Source: an uncultured Clostridia bacterium
Lineage (GTDB): Bacteria; Bacillota; Clostridia; Christensenellales; UBA1242
NCBI GenBank assembly: GCA_930990515.1
Contig: CAKNPS010000003.1
Location: 122,903 to 186,902, forward strand
Reading direction: 5' to 3'
DNA: 64,000 bases
Shown: positions 1-9,070 of the stretch, one piece after another
Numbering within the stretch: position 1 is the stretch's first letter
How the letters are laid out: each line of letters starts with the position of its first letter
Translations under genes and position numbers: made by a program
Notes under the pieces: generated by a model
Databases searched by the model: none
What the model was told of the DNA's origin: nothing
What the model saw: only the letters and a program-made list of their open reading frames with translations

Positions 1-2
1 TC

Positions 3-3000
3 TATTTATCAGTAAATAGAGAAAGTGAGGCTTATCAAAATAAAGGTGTGGAAAACATTTACGGCACTTATAAGATTGTTTTCTATGCTAATGAACTTGA
101 AAATGGGGTTTTCTGTGAATATATTTTCAACTTAAGTGAAGCAAAAATCACTAATTTGGTGGTGGATAACTATTCAAATATCAATGACATTTCTATTGCT
201 GACCAAGTGATTGTTCCTTCTCAATATGGAATTTTGGAAATTAGTGTTGACCCAGTTGATGCTGAATTTGAAAGCTTCACAATTTCAAATAATACGATAA
301 ACTATAATGAAGGTGCTGGAGAGGCTGTTTTCACATTTGTTTATCAAACATCGACAAATGGCGTTCCTCAATTTGTTCCTGATATTGAATTTGGAAATTA
401 TCGAAATGGAACATTTACCTTCACATATGATGAAATGATTGACTATTTTAATGAATTAAACACTGCATTAGGACTTACTGGTTCTGATAGAATTGAATAC
501 AATGGTAGAATTTATATTCGCTATCTATTGTCATCTAGTGGAGTGGAAGATGGTATGCCAATAACCTTTGACATTTCTATGGATTATATGGATAACGGCT
601 TAACAAGTTATGAAACTCAAATTAATTTAACAACAAAACTTGCTAATTATGTTAATTTGTCGTTTGATGACAGAAATGAAAGTGATGTTTATTATGTTGC
701 AAGGGGACTAAGTTATGGAATGACACTTGATTACTATGGCTTTGGTCTTAGCGACATTCAAATCACTGTTTCAAACCCTGACATTGCGACTTTAACTGGA
801 GAAAACAGAAATTATAATCTTAACATCACTTCAAATGAAATTTCTTACACTGGTGATGTAGGGTATAGACTTGTTATTAATGTTTATGCTAGCCGTATAG
901 TAGACAATGTTACCATTGAATATTCTCAAGAAATTGTTGTATATGTCATGGAATATGTTTTCAATTATCAATATGTAGAGGGAGTCAATGAAGATTTGGT
1001 TAGGGGCATGAATGACGGCGTTATTTCAACTGCAATCGGAAATGCTTATACCTTGTCGTTTGATGTTTGGGATTTTATGGAATATGATTCTTCAAATGCA
1101 CAGGTTGTGGCAAGTGTTGAAAACTTCATAAATAACTTAACTAACTCTGTAGTCTTCCAAGTTCATAATAACGTTACAGGGATAACAGAAACTCTTGAAA
1201 CTGGAAAGGGCTTACGAGATGACTATTATATTATTAATGGTTATACGTTTACTGCGATAAGATTGTATGAACCAGCGCAAGATATATATTACTTTACAGC
1301 CAGCGGACAATATGCAATGAGTAATGGGGTATACATTTGTGAAGATAATTCAAATTATGAACAACACGAAATATACACTGTATTTACTTTCTCAATTCAT
1401 CAACAAAGCACTGACGAAAGTCCTTTGCCTATTGAAAGTTATGAAGACTTCTTAAATATGGAAGATGGAGAGTATTACATTTTACTTAACGATATTACAC
1501 TTCCTAATGAAGATAGTTTAGAATATGACCAATTTACTCCACTTGATGTTCAAATTGCTGGCTTTGATGGAAATGGCTATTCAATCATGATTGGTGGAAA
1601 TTATTCATTTGATAGCACAGTTCTAAATGCGGGTGTATTCACAACAATCGGTAATGCAACATTAACAAATGATGTTGTCTTTAAAAATGTCACTATTGAT
1701 ATTGTTTCCACAACCAATTTTGTTATGGCTGCAAATTCATTTACGGTTGGACTTCTTGCTGCAACAAATGATGCAATAATAACAAATTGCCAAGTTATTT
1801 CGTCAAACAATTCAGCAATTTCCATAACATACACAAACACTGTTTCTGGCTCGTATGTGGCTGGACTTGTGGGAAATAATAATGGAATAATCACAAATTC
1901 AATGACATCAATTGACATTTTGACAAGTGTAAACTTGGCTGGGTTTGTAGGAACGAATACGGGAACAATTTCGTCTTCGACATTTAGAGGAGGAAGCTTA
2001 ACAAACGATACAAACCTTTCAACTGAATACACTGCTGGGTTTGTTCTTCAAAATTCTGGAGAAATTTACACTTCTTATGTGTCTGGAGTGGAAGAAAATA
2101 TTGTTAGACCAAATAATGTTTATTATCAAGGAGATGATGATTTTATTCAATCTAGAAATACAATTGCTGGCTTTGTTTTCTTAAATTCTGGACTTGTTAG
2201 AGATTGTTATACAAATATCAATATGCAAGAAGCAGGTTCATTCTCTGCAGGATTCGTCTTTATGAATGAAACTGAAGGAGAAATTAGATCTTCTTTCTCA
2301 ACGAGCATATTATCAAGTTACAACACGCAAAGTTTTGGTTTTGCTAGAGCAAATAGTGGCTATATTTGGGATAGTTATTATCTTTCACAATTCTCTACAA
2401 TTTCTGAATCTAATATAGATACTCCAATTGTGTTAACAAATGTTAATGGAATTTATGGCAATGATATTAGTGTTACTGTTCCAGAAGATGTCAATGTGTC
2501 CATTTCAACACTTGATGCAAATCCTGATAGACATAATGTCAGAGCGTTGTCTTTAAGAGAATTTACAATTAGTGATGGTAGTAATTTTGAAGAAAACTTT
2601 AAAAATTTCACTCATACAACTTCAAGAAACTATAATTCAGTTTGGTTCTATAATTATGAAAATTCTTCTTCCACTTTCAATGGCAAAGTCTTTAATGTGA
2701 ATAGGTTAGAACTTGTTGCTCCAAACATTACTGCTTTCTCTCAAAGATATTTATATTCAACTGAAGAAATTGTGGATAGCGAAACTGGTGTAGTCACGGT
2801 TAGATACAATTATGCTAACACCGAGGCCGCAGGAGAAACAGGTAGTGCTTACAATCCTATCTTGCTTGACAGGGCGGAAACTTTTGAAAGTTATATCCTT
2901 AATGAGAATGACAGAAATAATTATAACTTTGCTTATTATAGAATTATTAATAACATTGATTATAGTGAATTTACATCTAATAGTCAGTTGTATACCACTC

Positions 3001-4709
3001 GATTTATGGGCTATATAGAAGGAAACTTCTTGACTGTTAGCAATATGCACATGGTTTCAAGTTCAAGTTTGCAACTCGCAGGTTTGTTTGCCGAAGTTGG
3101 AAGTTCGTCAAGAGTTGATGCAATTGGAACACTTTTAAATTTCAACTTTGAACCTGTGGAAATGGTATTCACTAATTCTCAAGCGGTCGGAGCGATTGCT
3201 GGAAGACTTGATAGTGGAACAATAGCAAATGTTAATGTTTTAAGCAACAATAACATGATGATTACTGGTAGAAATATTGTTGGTGGACTTGTTGGTGTGG
3301 CAATTGGAAATTATTTAATTTCAAATGTTGAATCATCACTTTCTGCAAGAGCAACTTATATTGCAGGAGAAAACAACAACTTTAACAGCAGTTCTACTGT
3401 TTATAGATATTATTCATTTGCAGGTTCTGTAATTGGTGTGGCAAGTGGTTCGGGACAATTAAATCAAATTGAAGTTAATTCAGGTGTTTCAATTATAGGT
3501 GCAAAAGTAGGTGGTTTGGTTGGATTTATTGACCAAAATGTGACTGCAAGAGAATTAACATTAACAATCACAGACGAATTTGTTATTAATGCCTTTAACT
3601 ATGGTGGACTTGTTGCTGGTGAAAGTGCAGGAACTGTGTCTGAAGTAAATGTTGTTGGAACAGGTAGTTTTATGCAAATCTTTTCAATGCTTCCATACAC
3701 GCCATCTGCGGTTGGTGGGTTTGCTGGACTTGTAAGTGGTGGAATTTATGATAATATTAACATTTCTCAAAGTCTTGACTTGAGCGACACGACATCAACA
3801 ACAGGAATTTTAAGCGTTGGTGGATTTGCTGGACTAGTAAACGATAACACTGAAATGAATGATATTCACATTAATGCAAGTTTTACAGCATTTATGACGC
3901 TTGGTGGACTTATTGGAACACTAGATGGCGAACTTGTTAGTTTGAGCATCACAAACTTTAGTTATAATGGCAACTTAAACATTCTTAGCACATCTGTTTC
4001 TGAAGTAAATATTGGTGGTGTTATAGGTCTTGTTGATTCTCAAGCGAGCATAACGATTGATGCAACTTTAAGTGAAAATGCTCAAAGTGATATACAAACA
4101 GCGATAGATAACCATGCTAATTATGAAAATGTTGAAAGTTCAATAACAAATCTTAGCACTCTTTCTACAGATTTTGCAGTAGACACAAATGGTGTGCTTT
4201 CTGAAAGTTATAGAAATTCTGCAAATACTATTAATATAAATTCAGAAATAACTATTTATGTTTATAATGCTAATTCAATTATCAACTATGGCGAAATTGT
4301 AGGAACATTAGGAGCAGGTTCTATTGATGTTAAAAACACAATTTCAACTTCAACTGTTGTTGCTGGAATTTATGATATGGTTTCTTCTTCATTTGAAGAA
4401 AATGTGGCAACTTTGGCTGTGGTAAGCGGGGAATATAAATATTCTGATGGTGTAAGTGAAGATCCTTTAACAGCAATAGGTTTTACAAATGAATTAGAAG
4501 GCAATATTAGTCATAGGATTTTAAGTAACGGCGGATATGTAAAGGAGAGTTTTGCAGGAGATGTTAGTCATTTGGCTCCTGTATATAGTCAAAATATTAC
4601 TTTTACAACTTACACATCAACTTCATCAGTCGGTGGAGTTAGTTATAGAATGAATGTAAACAACATTGGAGCATGTGTTGACAATACATTTTTAGGAATT
4701 GTAGCATAA
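3..4709 (+). CDS. Very large surface/secreted protein with GLUG-type repeats; 5' end probably truncated by the window edge
   Basis: The reading frame is open from nt 3. There is no in-frame stop upstream of the GTG at 48 used by the ORF track, and no SD or signal peptide at that GTG. The product has many degenerate units such as VAGLVGNNNGIITNS, LAGFVGTNTGTISSS, IAGFVFLNSGLVRDCY and VGGLVGVAIGNYLISN, which I recognise as GLUG-motif repeats of bacterial surface proteins. Confidence 0.6.
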   Translation, partial: YLSVNRESEAYQNKGVENIYGTYKIVFYANELENGVFCEYIFNLSEAKITNLVVDNYSNINDISIADQVIVPSQYGILEISVDPVDAEFESFTISNNTINYNEGAGEAVFTFVYQTSTNGVPQFVPDIEFGNYRNGTFTFTYDEMIDYFNELNTALGLTGSDRIEYNGRIYIRYLLSSSGVEDGMPITFDISMDYMDNGLTSYETQINLTTKLANYVNLSFDDRNESDVYYVARGLSYGMTLDYYGFGLSDIQITVSNPDIATLTGENRNYNLNITSNEISYTGDVGYRLVINVYASRIVDNVTIEYSQEIVVYVMEYVFNYQYVEGVNEDLVRGMNDGVISTAIGNAYTLSFDVWDFMEYDSSNAQVVASVENFINNLTNSVVFQVHNNVTGITETLETGKGLRDDYYIINGYTFTAIRLYEPAQDIYYFTASGQYAMSNGVYICEDNSNYEQHEIYTVFTFSIHQQSTDESPLPIESYEDFLNMEDGEYYILLNDITLPNEDSLEYDQFTPLDVQIAGFDGNGYSIMIGGNYSFDSTVLNAGVFTTIGNATLTNDVVFKNVTIDIVSTTNFVMAANSFTVGLLAATNDAIITNCQVISSNNSAISITYTNTVSGSYVAGLVGNNNGIITNSMTSIDILTSVNLAGFVGTNTGTISSSTFRGGSLTNDTNLSTEYTAGFVLQNSGEIYTSYVSGVEENIVRPNNVYYQGDDDFIQSRNTIAGFVFLNSGLVRDCYTNINMQEAGSFSAGFVFMNETEGEIRSSFSTSILSSYNTQSFGFARANSGYIWDSYYLSQFSTISESNIDTPIVLTNVNGIYGNDISVTVPEDVNVSISTLDANPDRHNVRALSLREFTISDGSNFEENFKNFTHTTSRNYNSVWFYNYENSSSTFNGKVFNVNRLELVAPNITAFSQRYLYSTEEIVDSETGVVTVRYNYANTEAAGETGSAYNPILLDRAETFESYILNENDRNNYNFAYYRIINNIDYSEFTSNSQLYTTRFMGYIEGNFLTVSNMHMVSSSSLQLAGLFAEVGSSSRVDAIGTLLNFNFEPVEMVFTNSQAVGAIAGRLDSGTIANVNVLSNNNMMITGRNIVGGLVGVAIGNYLISNVESSLSARATYIAGENNNFNSSSTVYRYYSFAGSVIGVASGSGQLNQIEVNSGVSIIGAKVGGLVGFIDQNVTARELTLTITDEFVINAFNYGGLVAGESAGTVSEVNVVGTGSFMQIFSMLPYTPSAVGGFAGLVSGGIYDNINISQSLDLSDTTSTTGILSVGGFAGLVNDNTEMNDIHINASFTAFMTLGGLIGTLDGELVSLSITNFSYNGNLNILSTSVSEVNIGGVIGLVDSQASITIDATLSENAQSDIQTAIDNHANYENVESSITNLSTLSTDFAVDTNGVLSESYRNSANTININSEITIYVYNANSIINYGEIVGTLGAGSIDVKNTISTSTVVAGIYDMVSSSFEENVATLAVVSGEYKYSDGVSEDPLTAIGFTNELEGNISHRILSNGGYVKESFAGDVSHLAPVYSQNITFTTYTSTSSVGGVSYRMNVNNIGACVDNTFLGIVA

Positions 4710-4716
4710 TGACTTT

Positions 4717-4752
4717 AAAAAGCGGGGAATTATTTTCTCGCTTTTTTGTTTT
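4717..4752 (+). terminator. Rho-independent terminator after the GLUG protein gene
   Basis: Stem agcgggga (4721-4728) pairs with ttctcgct (4735-4742), including two G-U pairs. It is followed by tttttt g ttttt. Confidence 0.55.
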
Positions 4753-4967
4753 TATTGTTTAAAATTTTTAAATTTGGTAAAAATTTAACTATTGAAGAAT
4801 AAAATTAAATTTAAAAATGTTTTGATTTTAGTTGCTTTTTATTTTTAAATGTGGTATTTTTAATTATGCTTAAGATTAAATCTATCCACATTTAATGCAA
4901 AAAATTCAATTTATGTGAGTGTTTTGACAAAAATTTTGAAAATTGTAAAAAATTTTTAAAAAAAGTG

Positions 4968-4997
4968 TTGACAAATGCGGAATAAAATTGATATAAT
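4968..4997 (+). promoter_or_regulatory. Sigma-70-type promoter of rpoB
   Basis: TTGACA (4968-4973), 18-nt spacer, TGaTATAAT with the -10 hexamer at 4992-4997. Confidence 0.6.
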
Positions 4998-5054
4998 AAA
5001 GTGGTTAATAATCTAATGTGGAAGAAAAGCGCTATTTTTTAACTAAATAATTGG

Positions 5055-5096
5055 GGAAATGAGACGGCAGATTTGCTTTCTTATTTCCTTTTTTTA
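5055..5096 (+). promoter_or_regulatory. Terminator-like hairpin plus T-run inside the rpoB leader (putative attenuator)
   Basis: ggaaatgaga (5055-5064) pairs with tcttatttcc (5079-5088): 10 bp with one G-U. Seven T residues follow directly (5089-5095). The element ends 22 nt before the rpoB ATG. Confidence 0.5.
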
Positions 5097-5117
5097 ATCT
5101 AATTTTAGGGGTGTTTT

Positions 5118-8100
5118 ATGTCAGTTGCAATTAAAAAACAAAAATTCGGAAACGCTGAGAGATATACTTTTTCTCAACTTAAAAGTTACATTGATATTCC
5201 ACCTCTTCTTGAAATTCAAAGAAACTCTTTCCAAGATTTCTTGAAGAATGGTATTAGAGAAGTTTTAGACGAGTTTTCGCCTATCGTAGATTACAGCGGT
5301 AAGGCTAAACTTTATTTTCTCGATATTGTTATGGATAAAGAACCTAAATATTCTAAAAAGGAATGCAAGAGAAGAAGTGCAACTTATTCTATTCCTTTGA
5401 ATGTTAAGGCTCGTTTTGTTGTTGAAGAAACCGGACAAGCAGTTGAAGATGTTGTTTTCCTTGGGGATATTCCTTATATGACTGAGGACTGCTCTTTCAT
5501 TTTCAATGGCGTTGAAAGAGTTGTTGTAAATCAAATTATCAAATCTCCAAACTACTACCTTCTTCGTGACAATAATCAAGACAATTCCACACTTGTTGGA
5601 CAAATCATTCCAAAGCGTGGTATGTATATTGAAGTTAAACAAGGGGCTAATGAAGTCCTTAACATCGTTCTCGACAGAAGAAACAGAATAACTCTTGGAC
5701 TTTTCCTTAAATGCTTTGGTTATACTGCTGATGAAATCTGCAAACTTTTTGGTGACCATAGACTTGTTAAACATGTTCTTGAAAAAGAAACTCAACAAAC
5801 ACAAGAAGAAGCACTTTTGGAATTTGCAAGAAAGACTCGTCCTGCTGATGTTCCTTCTGCAGAAACAACAAGAAGCTATTTGAACCTTTGGTTCTTCTCT
5901 GACCAATATTACAACCTTTCTCGTGTTGGTAGATATAACTTAAACAAAAAACTTTCCATCGCAAAGCGTATCACAGGACAACAAGCTGCTGAAGACATTG
6001 TGACCGAAGATGGCGAAATCTTGGTTAGAAAGGGTATGGAAATTGATGCCGAAACTGCAAACAAGATTAAAGCAAGTGGTATCAATGAAGTTTGGCTTCA
6101 ACTTCCTGACAAAAAATATCTTGTTCGTGGAAATAACAGAGTTAGACTTTCTGATGTTTTCCCTTGCGATGAAAAAGAACTTGGAATTTTGGAAGAAGTT
6201 TACTATCCAGTTTTAAAAGAAATCTTAAAAGAAAACAAAACCAAAGAAAAGAGATTGCAAGCAATTAAGGAAAGAGCAAAAGACTTAATGATTACAACTC
6301 TTACAATGGACGATATTTTAGCATCTATTAGTATGTATCTTGATGTTTTGGAAGGAATTGCTAAAACAGATAAGATTGAACACTTGTCAAATAAGAGAAT
6401 TGCCACTGTTGGCGAACTCTTCTATGACCACTTCCGTTCTGGAATTACTAAACTTGTTTCTAATGTTAGAGAAACACTTCAAGGTAAGGAATTAAGCGAA
6501 GTTACTCCAAGACAAATCGTAAATCCAAAGGCTGTAAATAGAGCACTCCGTGACTTCGTGGCTTCTTCTCAACTTTCTCAACTTATGGACCAAGTAAATC
6601 CACTTTCAGGTATCACACAAAAACGCCGTGTTTCCGCTGTTGGACCTGGTGGTATTAGAAAGGAAAGAGCAAATGCTGAAATCCGTGATATTCACTACAC
6701 AAACTACGGACGTATTTGTCCTATTGAAACTCCAGAAGGTCAAGCAATCGGGCTTGTTAACACATTAACAAGTTACGCAAAAGTGAACGAATATGGTTTC
6801 CTTGAAACTCCATATAGAAAAGTTGATAAGGAAACAGGTGTTGTTTCTGACAAATGTGAATACTATATGGCTGATATTGAAGATACAGCATATATTGCAC
6901 AAGCAACTGAACCACTTGACGAACAAGGAAGATTTATCAACAAGAGAATTATTTGCCGTCACAAAGACTATGTTATCGATGTTCCAGCAAAACAAGTTGA
7001 CCTTGTTGATGCTTCTCCAAGACAATTTATCTCTGTTGCAACATCACTCATTCCATTCCTTAACTCAAACGAAGCAAACCGTGCACTTATGGGTGCAAAC
7101 ATGCAACGTCAGGCAGTTCCACTTTTGAGACCTGAATCTCCAGTTGTTGGAACTGGTATGGAAGAAATTGTTGCTCGCGACTGTGGTCACTGTTTAATCT
7201 GCAAAAATGATGGTGTTGTAAGTTATGTTAGTGCTGATGAAGTTAGAGTTAAAAATTCTGACGGCGACGAAGATATCTACACACTTACTAAATTTGAAAA
7301 AACAAATGATGAAACTTGTGTTAACCAAAAACCTTGCGTTAAGAAAGGCGATAAAGTTAAGAAAGGTCAAGTCATTGTTGATGGCTATTCTTGTGAAAAT
7401 GGCGAACTTGCTCTCGGTAAAAATGTCCTTATCGGATATATGAACTGGGAAGGTTACAACTTCGAAGACGCTATCATTATTAATGAAAGACTTGTTAAAG
7501 AAGATGTTTACACTTCTATCTGTCTTAAAGTTGAAGAACTCAAATGTCGAACAACAAAACTTGGTGACGAACAAATCACTCGTGATATTCCAAACCTTGG
7601 CGAAGAAGCACTTAAGAACCTTGACGAAAATGGTATTATTAGAATTGGTGCTGAAGTAAGACCAGGGGACATCTTGGTTGGTAAAGTTTCTCCTAAGGGC
7701 GAAACAGAACTTAGCCCAGAAGAAAGACTTCTTCGTGCTATCTTTGGTGAAAAAGCAAGAGAAGTTAGAGATACTTCACTTCGTGTTCAACACGGTAAAG
7801 GTGGTGTCGTTGTTGATGTTCAAGTATTCTCAAGAAAGAACAAAGACGAACTTGAACCAGGTGTTAACGAACTTGTTAAAGTTTTCATTGCTCAAAAGAG
7901 AAAACTCTCTGTCGGCGACAAAATGTCAGGTCGTTATGGTAACAAAGGTGTTGTTTCCATTGTTATGCCTGAAGCTGATATGCCATTCATGGCAAATGGT
8001 AAACCACTTGATATCATTTTAAACCCATTGGGCGTTCCTGCTCGTATGAACTTAGGACAAGTTCTCGAAGTTCACTTAGGTCTTGTTGCTGGTTCTCTTG

Positions 8101-8831
8101 GTTGGAAAGTGGCAACTCCAGCATTCGATGGTGCTGATGTTGGCAAAATCCAAGAACTTCTCAAAGAAAACAACTTCCCAGAAGATGGAAAAGTTCAACT
8201 TTATGACGGAAGAACAGGTGAACCATTTGAAAACAAGACAACTATTGGTATTAAGTATATGCTTAAACTTAACCACATGGTTGACAGCAAAATTCACGCT
8301 CGTTCAATTGGGCCTTACTCACTTATCACTCAACAACCACTTGGTGGTAAAGCACTCTTCGGTGGTCAAAGATTTGGTGAAATGGAAGTTTGGGCTCTTG
8401 AAGCTTATGGTGCTTCTCATGTTCTTCAAGAAATGCTCACTGTTAAATCTGATGATGTTGTTGGACGTGTTAAGACATTTGAAGCAATTGTTAAGGGCGA
8501 ACCTATTTCTGAACCTGGAATCCCAGAGTCATTCAAGGTTCTTGTGAAAGAACTTCAAGCTCTTGCTCTTGATGTTAAGATTTTGACTGAAAATGACGAA
8601 GAAATTGACTTGCCAGAACTTTCACAAGACGAACACGATAAACCAAGTCTTGAAAATGAAGTGGAAAATGACCTTAAGAATGTCACTCTTGACCTTGACG
8701 AAATTGTCAACTCAAATGGTGATGAAGAAGAAAAGAAGAGTGATATTGAAGAAGCAATCGAAGAACAAACTTCAACAGCAGGACTTGACGATATTGACTT
8801 GTTTGACGACTTTGGAGATTTTGACGAATAA
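5118..8831 (+). CDS. rpoB: DNA-directed RNA polymerase subunit beta
   Basis: 1237-aa ORF with unmistakable RpoB blocks (RRSATYSIPL, GPGGIRKERA, NMQRQAVPL, GDKMSGRYGNKGV, GGQRFGEMEVWALEAYGA). SD aggggtg lies upstream. The C-terminal tail is long and acidic. Confidence 0.98.
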   Translation: MSVAIKKQKFGNAERYTFSQLKSYIDIPPLLEIQRNSFQDFLKNGIREVLDEFSPIVDYSGKAKLYFLDIVMDKEPKYSKKECKRRSATYSIPLNVKARFVVEETGQAVEDVVFLGDIPYMTEDCSFIFNGVERVVVNQIIKSPNYYLLRDNNQDNSTLVGQIIPKRGMYIEVKQGANEVLNIVLDRRNRITLGLFLKCFGYTADEICKLFGDHRLVKHVLEKETQQTQEEALLEFARKTRPADVPSAETTRSYLNLWFFSDQYYNLSRVGRYNLNKKLSIAKRITGQQAAEDIVTEDGEILVRKGMEIDAETANKIKASGINEVWLQLPDKKYLVRGNNRVRLSDVFPCDEKELGILEEVYYPVLKEILKENKTKEKRLQAIKERAKDLMITTLTMDDILASISMYLDVLEGIAKTDKIEHLSNKRIATVGELFYDHFRSGITKLVSNVRETLQGKELSEVTPRQIVNPKAVNRALRDFVASSQLSQLMDQVNPLSGITQKRRVSAVGPGGIRKERANAEIRDIHYTNYGRICPIETPEGQAIGLVNTLTSYAKVNEYGFLETPYRKVDKETGVVSDKCEYYMADIEDTAYIAQATEPLDEQGRFINKRIICRHKDYVIDVPAKQVDLVDASPRQFISVATSLIPFLNSNEANRALMGANMQRQAVPLLRPESPVVGTGMEEIVARDCGHCLICKNDGVVSYVSADEVRVKNSDGDEDIYTLTKFEKTNDETCVNQKPCVKKGDKVKKGQVIVDGYSCENGELALGKNVLIGYMNWEGYNFEDAIIINERLVKEDVYTSICLKVEELKCRTTKLGDEQITRDIPNLGEEALKNLDENGIIRIGAEVRPGDILVGKVSPKGETELSPEERLLRAIFGEKAREVRDTSLRVQHGKGGVVVDVQVFSRKNKDELEPGVNELVKVFIAQKRKLSVGDKMSGRYGNKGVVSIVMPEADMPFMANGKPLDIILNPLGVPARMNLGQVLEVHLGLVAGSLGWKVATPAFDGADVGKIQELLKENNFPEDGKVQLYDGRTGEPFENKTTIGIKYMLKLNHMVDSKIHARSIGPYSLITQQPLGGKALFGGQRFGEMEVWALEAYGASHVLQEMLTVKSDDVVGRVKTFEAIVKGEPISEPGIPESFKVLVKELQALALDVKILTENDEEIDLPELSQDEHDKPSLENEVENDLKNVTLDLDEIVNSNGDEEEKKSDIEEAIEEQTSTAGLDDIDLFDDFGDFDE

Positions 8832-8833
8832 TT

Positions 8834-8957
8834 CTGGGGTGGCACCAATAGTTTTTAACGCGGACACGGCTTTGCCTAACCGCTAAACTCTCGGTTCCCC
8901 GTCCCACCTACCCCTCCATTAGAGGGGCGAAAATGAAAATAAGATTTCCATTTTCGC
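8834..8957 (+). other. GC-rich structured element in the rpoB-rpoC spacer (possible small RNA or processing/regulatory structure)
   Basis: About 58% G+C by hand count over 8834-8930, in a genome of roughly 32% G+C. Hairpins: cccctc (8911-8916)/gagggg (8922-8927); cgaaaatg (8928-8935)/cattttcg (8949-8956); gcgg..ggc ttt gcc..ccgc (about 8859-8883). ggtgg (8838-8842) can pair with ccacc (8904-8908). Confidence 0.4.
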
Positions 8958-9070
8958 AATTAAGACAATTAAATTAAATAGAAAATGGTGCTTTATACAA
9001 ATACTAAAAATGAAAGAGAATTATAAACTTACAAAAGAGAATATATAGAAATTAATTTTAGGGGATTGTT

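Noticed and set aside
8834-8957. tRNA, tmRNA fragment or SRP RNA in the rpoB-rpoC spacer
   Set aside because: GGGGTGG...CCCACCT and a GGTTCCCC segment look superficially tRNA-like, but no acceptor/T-arm geometry or SRP GGAA-tetraloop domain can be drawn. It is kept only as an unclassified structured element.
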